Below are positions 54,325 through 64,000 of a DNA stretch of 64,000 bases, one piece after another (position 1 is the first letter of the stretch; each line of letters starts with the position of its first letter). Position numbers and translations under genes: made by a program. Location: positions 352,001 through 416,000 of the forward strand of contig CAWGKG010000004.1 of NCBI GenBank assembly GCA_963823035.1. The letters run 5' to 3'. Source of the stretch: an uncultured Gemmatimonadales bacterium (GTDB lineage: Bacteria; Gemmatimonadota; Gemmatimonadetes; Longimicrobiales; Gaopeijiaceae). The notes under the pieces are model-generated. The model was not told where the DNA came from and did no database searches. It saw only the letters and a list, made by a program, of their open reading frames with translations.

Positions 54325-56067
54325 ATGAACGTCGGTACGTCCGCCCTGGTCTTCGTCGTCCTCGCCCTGCCCGCCTGCGCCGGGCAGGAGTCCGCCGGCT
54401 CCGAGGCGGCGGACGAAGCCCGGCGCATCGCCACGGAGTTCGCGGACGGGTACTACCACCAGTTCCCGGAAGAGGCGTACGAGATCGGTTACCCGGACAC
54501 GCCCATGGAGGAGCTGGGGGACCGTGGCCGGGCCGCCATGGACGCCTGGCGCGCCCGGGAGGACGCCTGGGTCGAGCGCCTCCACGCCCTCGACACCACG
54601 GCGCTGAAGGGGACGGGCGGCGAGGTCCCGTGGGCCTTCACGCTCGACCGTCTCGAGGCGTCGCAAGGACGGCGCGTGTGTCACATGGAGCTGTGGAACG
54701 TGAGCCCCACGTGGACGGGTTGGCAGAGCATGCTCGCGTCGACGTTCGCGGTGCAGCCGGTGGCGACCGCCGAGGAGCGGGCGGACGCGCTGGCACGGCT
54801 CGGGGAGGTGCCCGCCTATCTCGAGCGTGAGATGGAGAACCTGCGCGACGGGATGTCCGCCGGCTACCTGGCGGCGCAGTCCAACGTCGACGCGGTCCTG
54901 AGCCAGGTGGACGCCCTCCTCGCCGCCCCGCCCGAGGACTCGCCCTTCTTCTTGCCGGCCGACCACGCGGACGACCCGGCGTTCTCCAGCGACGTGCGCA
55001 CCCGCATCGTCGAGGAGATCCGCCCCGCGATGGCGCGGTACCGGACGTTTCTCGCGGAGGGCTACAGAGGGAGGGAGCCGGTGGGCGTGGCCGCGAACCC
55101 CGACGGGGCGGCGTGCTACCGGGCGTCCGTGCGCTTCCACACGTCACTCGACCTCGACCCGGAGGCGATCCACGAGACGGGGCTGCGGGAGATGGACCGC
55201 ATCCAGGCCGAGATGCAGGAGATTGCCCGCGGCAGCTTCGCCACCGACGACGTGAAGGGGCTGCTGCAGCGCCTGCGCACCGACCCGCGCTACACCTTCC
55301 GCTCCGAGGACGACGTGATGGCGTACGCGCGTGCCGCCGTCGACCGGGCGGCCGTGGCGGTGCACGACTGGTTCGGCTTCGTGCCCGACGCCCAGGTGAT
55401 CGTGAAGCCGTTCCCCGCCTACCAGAAGGCGTCCGGCGGTGGCTTCTACTCCTCCGGTTCGGCGGACGGGAGCCGGCCCGGGACATACGAGTTGGGCACC
55501 TACGACCCCACCTCGATCAGCAAGGCGGGGATGGAGGCGACCGCCTTCCACGAGACGTATCCCGGCCACCACCTGCAGATGTCGGTGGCGCTCTACGGCG
55601 GGGACGTCCATCCGGTGCTCCGCTACGTCTACGTGGCGGCGATGGCGGAAGGGTGGGGGCTCTACTCGGAGCGGCTGGCCGACGAGATGGGCCTCTACTC
55701 CTCGGACGTGGACCGGCTGGGGATGCTGTCCAACGAGGCCCTGCGGGCCGCGCGGCTCGTGGTGGATCCGGGGATGCACGTGCTCGGGTGGTCGCGCGAG
55801 CGCGCCATCCAGTACATGCTCGACCACACGGCCGAGTCGCGGAACTCCGTGGAAGGTGAGATCGACCGCTACATTGCCGTCCCCGGCCAGGCGACGGCAT
55901 ACATGACCGGGAGCCTCGAGATCCAGCGGCTCCGGCACGATGCCGAGGAGGCGCTGGGAGACCGCTTCGACATCCGGGGCTTCCACGACACCGTGCTGAA
56001 GGACGGGGCCGTCACCCTGCCGATGCTTCGTGACGCCGTGTCCCGTTGGGTGGAGGAGAACCGATGA
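54325..56067 (+). CDS. DUF885-family lipoprotein (putative metallopeptidase)
   Basis: Lipobox LPAC; FHETYPGHHLQ, EGWGLYSE, RAARLVVD, EIDRY, PGQATAY. Confidence 0.92.
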   Translation: MNVGTSALVFVVLALPACAGQESAGSEAADEARRIATEFADGYYHQFPEEAYEIGYPDTPMEELGDRGRAAMDAWRAREDAWVERLHALDTTALKGTGGEVPWAFTLDRLEASQGRRVCHMELWNVSPTWTGWQSMLASTFAVQPVATAEERADALARLGEVPAYLEREMENLRDGMSAGYLAAQSNVDAVLSQVDALLAAPPEDSPFFLPADHADDPAFSSDVRTRIVEEIRPAMARYRTFLAEGYRGREPVGVAANPDGAACYRASVRFHTSLDLDPEAIHETGLREMDRIQAEMQEIARGSFATDDVKGLLQRLRTDPRYTFRSEDDVMAYARAAVDRAAVAVHDWFGFVPDAQVIVKPFPAYQKASGGGFYSSGSADGSRPGTYELGTYDPTSISKAGMEATAFHETYPGHHLQMSVALYGGDVHPVLRYVYVAAMAEGWGLYSERLADEMGLYSSDVDRLGMLSNEALRAARLVVDPGMHVLGWSRERAIQYMLDHTAESRNSVEGEIDRYIAVPGQATAYMTGSLEIQRLRHDAEEALGDRFDIRGFHDTVLKDGAVTLPMLRDAVSRWVEENR

Positions 56068-56872
56068 ACGTCCGGCGCTTCGTCCCGTTGCTCGCTCTCG
56101 CCGCGCTCCCCTTCCTCGGGTGGACACCACCCGCTCAGGTGAAGAAGGCCGTGGCCGTGCTCCGCTTCGACAACAACACGGGAGACGCGCGCTACGACCA
56201 TCTGGGCCGCGCGCTGGCCGCGATGATGATCTCGGACCTCTCGGTCGTCGAGGAGATCCAGCTCGTGGAGCGGGAGCGGCTGGAGGACCTGCAGAAGGAG
56301 CTCGAGCTCCAGCAGTCGGCGTACGTGGACCCGTCGACCGCGTCGACGATGGGGATGATGGTCGGCGCGGAGTTCGTGGTCACCGGGCGCGTTCACCGCG
56401 ATGGATCCGGAGATGCGCCTCGACACCCGCGTCGACCGCGTGGAGACGTCCGAGATGGTGAAGACCGCGAACGTGACCGGGAAGAAGGACCAGTTCCTCG
56501 ACCTCGAGCAGCGGCTCGCCGACCAGCTCGTGGACGGGCTGGGCGTGGTGCTCACGGGGGAGCGGCCGCGAGCGGCTGCGCGCCCAGCAGGAATCCAACC
56601 GGATCGACGACGTCGAGACGCTGGTGGCCTTCTCGGTCGCGCTCTGCCTGTTGGACTACGGCGACTACATCGACGCCTTCGACGAGATCCGGAAGGTCCA
56701 CGACGCGGCGCCGAGCTCGGCCGATCGTGCAGCTCACCCTCGATCAGCTCAAGGACCGGGTCGAGCAGCGACGTGAAGGAGCAGGCAAAGGACCGCGCGG
56801 GGAGGGCCATCGGTGGGCTCCTCGGCCGGAAGCGCGCTCCGACGCCGAGCGCGTATCCGTCCGGCCTGCTGA
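56064..56872 (+). CDS. CsgG/TolB-N-like domain exported protein (several frameshifts; end approximate)
   Basis: VAVLRFDN...SDL...LVERERLEDLQKEL...VDPSTA...GAEFVVTG; continues in alternate frames after about 56388, 56562, 56720 and 56760. Confidence 0.7.
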
Positions 56873-56957
56873 GGTCCGGCGGCCGCCGCTTTCCGGGACT
56901 CCGCGCGGTCGTGCGCGGAGGTTGCGCGGACCGGTCCGGCCGCACATACCTGGCTCC

Positions 56958-57389
56958 ATGAACCCGGCGCGCTCGAGCATCCCCGAGGTTCCCGGATGGC
57001 CCGTACTCGGGAGCCTTCCCGAGCTACGCCGCAACCGCCTCGACTTCTACGAGCGCGCGGGTGAACAGTACGGCAACACCGTGTCGTTCCGGGCGGGCCC
57101 GCTCGAGTTGTTCCTCCTCAGCGATCCGGCCGACGTGCACGTCGTGCTGGTGGAGCGCGCCTACGACTTCCACAAGTCGCCGAACTACGCCTACCTTCGT
57201 GCCTTGCTCGGCACCGGGCTGCTGACCAGCGAGGACGAGCTGCACAAGCGGCAGCGCCGCCTCATGGCTCCGTCTTTCACGCCCCGGCAGATCGGCGCGC
57301 TCGCCGAAACGTTCGTGACCTGCGCCGAGCGGCTCCAGTGGCGAAGGAGATGGAGAGCACCCACTGACCCGTCGCCGAGGCTGGGGTGA
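56958..57389 (+). pseudogene. N-terminal fragment of a cytochrome P450
   Basis: PGWPVLGSL, LLGTGLLTSEDELHKRQRRLMAPSF; no I-helix, ExxR or heme-Cys region follows in the ORF-track translations. Confidence 0.8.
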
Positions 57390-57503
57390 CGCCGCTCCGT
57401 CAGGGCGTCGCCCCCGGCCCCGGCCAGGCGCGACCTCGACCGGGGCGAACGCTGCGCCCCCTCGAAGCAGTCAACCCCGTTGAGACCCGCGCGGGCGGCG
57501 GGC

Positions 57504-60111
57504 TCATCCCCGGAGTGGAGCTCCTGAAACCAGTTCTCCACGACGATCAGCTCGCCGGGGTCCGCCTCCGTCGTCCGACGGACCATCAGGAAGCGCCGGT
57601 CGTCCCGCGACACGGCGTACATCGGGTGCAGGCCGGACACCACGAACCCCCGAACGTCGAACATCTCGGTCGTGCGCCCCACGGAGAACGTCGGCGACGT
57701 CCGCACCTGCACGACACGCATGGTGCCGCGCAGATCCCTGTAGAACAGCTCGCTGCCGTCGTGCGACCAGACGGGCTCGGCTCCGCCGTCGGGCGAGACG
57801 GACCACTTCGCGGCGCGGGTGTCGGGGGTGGGCACGACGAAGACTTCTTCCTTCCCCGTCTCGTGAGAGGAGTATGCCAGCCAGCGGCCGTCGGGGGACA
57901 GCGCCGGACACAACTCGCTGAACTCGGTGGTCGCCAGGGGGATGGGCTCCTCTCCAGCCTGCGGACGGATCGCCAGGATGTCGGCTGCCCCCTCCGAGGG
58001 CATACCGGGTACGGCGCGCGGGACGTTGCTGGTCCGGTAGATCAGCCACTGGCCGTCGGGCGACCAGAGCGATTCGGCCAGATCACGCGGCCGGCTCAAT
58101 CGCAGCACCGCGTGCGCACTGCCGTCGGCGGGCTTCGTCCACAGCTCGGCGGACCCGCCCGCGTTCGAGAAATACGTCACCGACCGGCCGTCGGGCGTCC
58201 ACGACGGATATCCGTTCGAGGTCCCTTCGCCCGTCAGCTTGAACGTCGCGCCGCTCTCCATGTCCCGGATCCAGACGTCGGTGCCGTTGGCGCTCGTCAT
58301 CACGACGGCGAGCGTCGAGCCGTCCGGTGATAGCGTCGGCCATCCGAAGCCGCCCTGCCACGACGGGTCGAGAGGCTCGACGGTGCCGTCGCGGGAGACC
58401 CAGACCAGCTCGCGCAGGCCCTCCCCCGGGCCCGTGGCGTACACCAGGGTTCCGCTTCCCGACACCGCCAGATCCACCGCCCCCCTGAATCCGACGCGCT
58501 GCTTCTGACTGACCACCTCGGCCGGGCCGGTCGGCTCCAGACGCTCGCGATCGAACGGCTCGATCATCAGGGTACTGTCCGGCGCCACGTAGATCAGGTG
58601 TCCGGAGGCCGCGTAGCGTGCATAGAGTCCTTCCACAAGGAGCTTGTGTGAGCCCGTCTCGAGGTCGGCCACGCCGATCGACTTCGTGCTCCCCGTGACG
58701 CTTGCATGGTCCACCGTGAACAGGACGCCTTCGCCGCTCGGCAAGACATCGGGATAGTGATGGTCGGTTTCCCCGTTCGTGGCGTCCAGCCGGGTGAAGA
58801 GCCGAGGTACCGCGCCGGGCTCGGGGCGCAGCCGCACCAGGCCGCTGAACGCGGGCAGGGCCGCATACACGAAGCCGTCCGGACCCCACGACGCGCCTCC
58901 GCTCCAGTCCAGCACATCCGTGACGACCACGATCGGGCCGCCCTGGAGCGAGGCGATCTTCAACGCGCCCTCCGAGAAGAACCCGACCCGCGCTCCGTCC
59001 GGCGACAAGAACGGTGACAGGGCCCGTTCGGTGCCCGGCAACTCGGTGGAGTGCAGCTGATCTCGCCGGCGCACGCGGAGCCGCCCCTCCCGTCCGCCGA
59101 CGTAGACCAGCACGGTACCGTCCGGCGAGAGGGCGAACCGCCTGCCGGCCATGGCCGCCATCTCCTCTCCCGCGGCGAACGCCATGCTGTAGCGCAGGGG
59201 CGGCTCCGCGGGGGTGGGACGCAACCAGCCCCAGAGGGCGGCGGCGACGATCGCCGCCGCGAGCGAAAGCAACGTGACGTACGGAAGTCCCGGGCTGGCT
59301 CGAGGCGGTGGCGCGGCCTGCGCGGGGTCGACGGCACCCGCGGTTACTACGTCGATCGCGGAGCCCACGACTGCGACGGCATGCGGTCGCGCACCCGGGG
59401 AGGAGCGAATGGCGTCCGCCAGAGCCCTGGTCTCCTCGGACGGCTCCAGGTCGAGGTCTTCCGCCAGCTGTGCGGCGAATCCTCCGTAGGCTCGAAGGGC
59501 GGCGTCACGGTCCCCGGCCCGCCCCAGAAGTCCGATCAGCCGTCTGAATCCGACCTCGCCGTAGGGATCGAGCTCGACGGCCTTCCGCGCCCACGCCACC
59601 GCTGCGTGCAGGTCGCCTCGCTGCTCGTCCCGGTCCGCCATGCCGGCGGCCGCCTCGACCGCCAGCCTCCCGTACCGGGCCCGCTCGTCCTCGATCCACC
59701 GCTCGAGGTCCGCCTCGGAGACGTGCAGGCCGTCGAAGAAGGGTCCCCCGTACAGCTCCCACGCGGATTCGGGTGCGCCCTGCTCGAGGAGAGCCTCGAA
59801 CCGGACGGCGTCACACTCCAACGCATCGGCTGCGATGCCCACCTCGTCGTTCCCGCGCGTCACGATCACCTCTTCTCCCAGCGACTTCCTCAGGTAGGAG
59901 AGGGATCGCCGGAGCGCGCCCCGGGCCCGGTCGGTGTCGGAGTCCGGCCAGAAGAGGGCGAGGAGCTTGTCCCTGCGCGTGAATCCACCCTGGCGTTCAG
60001 GGCGAGGTACGCGAGGAGGGCCAGACGTTTGGGCTGGGAAAGGACCGAGAGGAGCGGCTGCCCGTCGGGCCCACGTAGATCCGCCGACCCGAGGATGCTA
60101 AGCCGGAGCAT
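57504..60111 (-). CDS. SARP/BTAD regulator fused to a TM helix and PD40 beta-propeller (frameshift near 59990; 3' end approximate)
   Basis: LSQPKRLALLAYL / RRDKLLALFWPD N-terminus; BTAD (LYGGPFFDG, DLDLEPS); TM; SPDG repeats; VVENWFQEL. Confidence 0.88.
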
Positions 60112-60136
60112 CGTGTCCTGAGGATGAATCGCGGAT

Positions 60137-60166
60137 GGTCTCAGGCTGGGTCACGGTGGGGTCACG
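60137..60166 (+). promoter_or_regulatory. Direct repeats with an 11-bp period, putative SARP/BTAD binding site
   Basis: GGTCTCAG (60137), GGGTCACG (60148), GGGTCACG (60159); TACGTT -10-like element at 60187. Confidence 0.55.
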
Positions 60167-60262
60167 TCTGGAGGATGGGGCAGCCATACGTTCGGTGAAC
60201 CCGAAAAAAGGGTATCCGGCGCCCGCCCGGGCCGCAACCGACCCGACCCTCCAGGAGGTAGC

Positions 60263-60841
60263 ATGACGATCCCAAGACTGCTCGGCCTCGCAACAGCCTT
60301 CGCCTTCCTCTCGGCCTGTGGTGACACGCCCACCGCGCCGCACCCGCTGGACGCGGATCTGCTCGCCGCGTCGACCACGGCCCCGAGCATGGGGGGACCC
60401 GTGGTGGAGCACACGGAGGTCCACGAGTCGTTCCAGGCGCCCTGCATGACCTTCATGCTCGAAATCGTCGTCGACGCGAAGTTGGTCTCGCAATCGTGGT
60501 TCTATGCGAGCGGAGCGCCTCGGCGCACCAGGCTCCACGTCAATCAGGACGTGACGTTCACGAACCTCACCTCGGGCGTCGCCCTGAAGAACAACTCGAA
60601 TCACAACATCGAGGTCCGCTTCGACGAGGAGGGCAACCCGACGGAGCAGGTGGAAAACGGCGCCCCGCAGAGGATCCGCGAATCGGGCGGCGGGAAGCTG
60701 CTCTACTACCAGATCGGTCATTCGGTGACGAGCTTCGACTTCACGACCTCTCCGCCGACGATGGACGTGACGTTCAGCGGCCACAGCAATGCCGACACCG
60801 CTCCCTCGGGGCCGTGTGAGGCCCTCGGGGACCCGGCGTAG
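60263..60841 (+). CDS. Hypothetical beta-rich lipoprotein
   Basis: RBS AGGAGG; lipobox LSAC; two further Cys residues. Confidence 0.8.
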   Translation: MTIPRLLGLATAFAFLSACGDTPTAPHPLDADLLAASTTAPSMGGPVVEHTEVHESFQAPCMTFMLEIVVDAKLVSQSWFYASGAPRRTRLHVNQDVTFTNLTSGVALKNNSNHNIEVRFDEEGNPTEQVENGAPQRIRESGGGKLLYYQIGHSVTSFDFTTSPPTMDVTFSGHSNADTAPSGPCEALGDPA

Positions 60842-60859
60842 GGCTCTCCTTCGCAAGAG

Positions 60860-60893
60860 GGCGGGACGGTTCCCTCGAGGGGACCGTCCCGCC
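60860..60893. terminator. Strong hairpin between convergent genes
   Basis: GGCGGGACGGTTCCC-TCGA-GGGGACCGTCCCGCC. Confidence 0.6.
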
Positions 60894-60952
60894 GACGGGC
60901 GCGTGCTTCCCGCCGAGGGCCTCTCGTCGGGTTGGCGTGAAGGAGGCGAGTC

Positions 60953-61453
60953 TCAGCGGGGCGCCGGCGCGGCACCGCCTGGCCCGCCGATCGGCTTCCA
61001 GCGGGAGGCCGGAGCGAGCCGGTCCGCCTCGCCTCCGGGCAGCCAGAGGACCACAGCCTTCACGGGCACGTCGGAAAGGACCCGGTGCATGACCTCGTCG
61101 CCCTGGCGGACCACGCCCACCATCCCCGGCTCGAGGCGATGCGACGTGCCGTTCACCACGTGGTCGAGTACGCCCTCCACCACGTAGAAGATCTCGGTGG
61201 CGCCGTGGCGGTGGGCGGTCGTCGGCGCCGTGCCCACGGGAAGGGTGATCTCGGCCACCTCGAGGTCGTCCCGCCCGAGGTTGGCGGCCTCGAGCAGCAG
61301 CTTGATGCGGGTGCCGCCCGGAAGCTCGAGTTGGCGGGATCCACGGCTCGACCGCGCGTACTCGTCGTCCTCCTGTGCGGCGAGGGGTGGCGCCGTGAGC
61401 GTCGGGGCCGTGGCGAGCATGGCCATCAGCAGGGAGGTGCGTCTCCTGGGCAT
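60953..61453 (-). CDS. Exported cupin-domain protein
   Basis: Signal peptide; HRHGATEIFYVVEG and distal H. Confidence 0.88.
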   Translation of the reverse strand: MPRRRTSLLMAMLATAPTLTAPPLAAQEDDEYARSSRGSRQLELPGGTRIKLLLEAANLGRDDLEVAEITLPVGTAPTTAHRHGATEIFYVVEGVLDHVVNGTSHRLEPGMVGVVRQGDEVMHRVLSDVPVKAVVLWLPGGEADRLAPASRWKPIGGPGGAAPAPR

Positions 61454-62785
61454 CAGCGGGCCTCCTGGATGTCGCTTCGTGGGCGCGGCGGGCGCACGTA
61501 GGCCGAGACGAGGCTCTCGTGCCCGGCGGCGTCCACCGCGGCGACACCGAAGACGTAGTCGTCGATCGAGAGGTCGGGGAGGACGGCCTCCGTGACGTCG
61601 CCCACCCAGCGTTCGTAGGTCCAGTCGGGATTCCAGGCGTCCCGCCAGACGATCCGGTAGCCGACGGCGCCCGTCGACGCGTTCCAGCGCAGCGACGCAT
61701 CGTACCCGGACTCCCCGCGGCCGAGCATCGGGCCTCCGCGGCCCATCACGTCGGGCGCCGAGGGCGCGAGCGCCACGGTGGCGGCGGCCGCCGCGTTGAC
61801 GCGGGCGTTCCCCGCGAGGTAGTCGAAGTCCACGCCGCCGAGCGTGTCGTTCGGCGAGTGCTGGCGGCTGTAGTTCTCCCGCGACTCGGAGATGCGCACC
61901 CCGGGGAAGCCACGGCGGTTGAACGCCGTGTGGTCGCCCCCGCGGCCGAAGCGGTCCTCGCGGGCGATCAGGCGCACCTCCCGGTAGGGCACGTACACGG
62001 CTGCCCACCGGCGGATGTAGCGGGCGATCTGCCGCGACGGCGAGTCCATGGGATCCTCGGAGAAGACCCGCAGCGTGCGGCTGTCGATGATGCCGTTGCC
62101 GCCGTGGCTGTTGCCGATGATGTCGTTGTTGAACACGGCGTCGATCCGCCATGCCTCCTCGGAGGCCTTCGTGGCGTGCAGGCTCGCCCCGACGAGCCCC
62201 TCCTCCTCCGCGACGAAGGCGACGAACACGAGCGTCGCGTCGAAGTCGAGCCCGCTCTGCGACAGCACCCGCGCGACCTCCATCGTCAACACGGTCCCGC
62301 TGCCGTCGTCGTTCGCGCCGGGCGCGGTGTTGTCCCACCGCGTCCAGTCGAACGAGCCGTCCGCGCGGCGGGCCACGGTGTCGTAGTGGCCCGAGACGTA
62401 CACGCGCCGCTCGCTGCGGCCCGGAAGGACGGCGACCACGTTGCACAGCTCCGTGGCCTCCGGGATGCGCCCCTGCGCCGCGACCTGGTAGCAGTCCAGC
62501 GACACCTGGAGCTTCGGGCTGAAGCCCTGCAGGGTCTCCAGGATGTACCGTGCGCGCCGCGTCCACGCCCCAGTCCGGGCGGTCGGAGTGCGAGAGCGAG
62601 TGGCGTGTCTGGAGGTCGGTGAGCTTCCGCAGGTAGGCATGCAGCCGCTCGGGGGAGATGTCGGCGAGCGCCGCCTCGACGCGCGGATCGGCCCGCGGGA
62701 CCTGCGCCGCGAGCGGAGTCGAGGCGAGCGACACGAGCAGGAGGACGATCGCCGCCCGCGGGCGCGGCGCGGGAAGTCGGATCAT
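61453..62785 (-). CDS. M28-family peptidase (frameshift near 62555)
   Basis: SGHYDT, PGANDDGSG, AEEEGLVG, NNDIIG, GGDH; signal peptide in the upstream frame. Confidence 0.9.
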
Positions 62786-64000
62786 GACACGCCCCGGTTC
62801 GTGAGTCGGTGGATGAGGACGGCGGCGCGCTGCGTCTGCTCGAGGAGCGTCGGCAGGTCGATCCACTCGTCCACGGTGTGGTCGTTGCCGCCACCCGGGC
62901 CCAGGCCGTCGAGCGCCATGTCCACCAGCCCCGCCGTGAAGGACACGTCGGCCGCGCCGGCGTTGCGCGGATCGACGGCGGTTACCGGGCCGAAGCCGAG
63001 GTCGCGGCTCACCTGGTCGAACTGCGCCAGCAGGCGGCGGTTGCCCTCCGTGGGGGCGAGCGGCGGATAGCCGTCGTCGAAGGTGATCGTGGCCTTCGTG
63101 CCAGGAAGGCTCTCGCCGGCGATGAACGCCATCTTCGCGCGCGCCGCCTCGAGCTGGTCGAGCGTGATCGTGCGCAGGTCGCCGGTGACGACGGCCCGGC
63201 CCGCCACCACGTTGCTCTTGCCCGCGGCCGTCCCGCCGGCCGTGAAGTCGTCGTAGTCGACGTCGGTGCCCGCCACCATCACGCCGGGATTGAACGTGAG
63301 GAGCGGCTCGCCCGCCATCCGCTCGTAGAAGCCGTGCAGGATACGCGCCGCCTCGTAGATGGCGCCCGCGCCCACCTCGGGCTGGAAGAGCTGCGAAGAG
63401 TGCGCGGGCGTGCCGGTCACCTCGAGCCGCCACCCGGTCGAGCCGCGGCGCGCGACCACGGCGGTCTTCGGATCCGAGTCGCCGTTCTCGAAGGCGAGCG
63501 CGACGTCCGCGGGGCCTGCGGCCTCGACCAGCGCGGCCTTCGACTGCGCGAGCGGGGACCCGCTCCGCTCCTCGTCGCCGGTCATGACGATCGTGATCGC
63601 CATGCCGTCCAGCTCGCCGGCGGCGGCGAGCGCCTTCATGGCCTGCACGATGACGACGTCGCCGCCCTTCATGTCGACCACGCCGGGACCGGCGGCACGC
63701 TCACCGCGAGCGGTCGAAGCGCTGGAAGGGGCTGGAGGGCTCGAACACCGTGTCGAGATGGCCGATGAGGAGGAGGCGCGGCCCGTCGCCTTCTCGGCGG
63801 GCCACCAGGTGGCCGGCCCGGTCGAAGGCGTCTCCGGGGATCCACTCGGTCTCGAAGCCGAGGGCGTCGAGTTCGGCGCGGAAGATGCGACCGACCTCGC
63901 GCACGCCGTCGAAGTTCATCGTGCCGCTGTTGACGTTCACGACGCGCTCCAGCAGGGCGATCGCCTCGTCGGCGCGCGCCGCGGCCTCGCGCACGATCCT
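62782..64000 (-). CDS. M20-family metallopeptidase (carboxypeptidase G2-like), 5'-truncated, frameshift near 63700
   Basis: VNVNSGT, IGHLDTVF, GVVDMKGG, GDEE, AHSS, DGLG. Confidence 0.92.

Noticed and set aside
56046..57389. Apparent CsgG-P450 fusion (447-aa ORF)
   Set aside because: Produced by frameshifts in the CsgG-like gene; the intervening translation is largely out of frame
57191..57503. C-terminal extension of the BTAD ORF overlapping the P450 fragment
   Set aside because: Low-complexity run-on after ENWFQEL; a stop in an adjacent frame at 57504 suggests a frameshift artefact
60953..63433. Apparent 826-aa fusion ending in a cupin
   Set aside because: Chance open frame combining the M28 N-terminus (frameshifted) with the separate cupin gene

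Overview
A very GC-rich bacterial window. Gene content and style suggest Gemmatimonadota (inference). It is almost entirely protein-coding, and I found no rRNA, tRNA, CRISPR array or transposase. The first 24 kb is a metal and microoxic-respiration supercluster: a TonB-dependent receptor divergent from a CusRS-like two-component system, an outer-membrane barrel, cusCBA-like RND efflux, two Met-rich exported proteins, feoAB behind a Fur-like box, a DsbD_2/TauE-like protein and a cbb3 oxidase operon (ccoNOQPG, two small ORFs, ccoIS). The rest is mostly exported hydrolases, peptidases and lipoproteins, plus a class II photolyase, AlaX, a Kef-type antiporter, yajQ, an aldo/keto reductase, a truncated P450 and a BTAD-transmembrane-propeller regulator. 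Genes at 0.6-15 kb and 56-64 kb carry many single-base frameshifts, probably long-read assembly errors. The best novel signal is a small membrane-protein gene (37043-37402) with an in-frame TGA followed by a hairpin that matches the E. coli fdhF SECIS in loop sequence and spacing, making it a candidate selenoprotein that the ORF track truncates. Other findings include shared regulator boxes, an uncalled 30-aa ORF in the cco operon and an internally deleted TIGR00266 gene. All family assignments come from motif recognition, not database searches.
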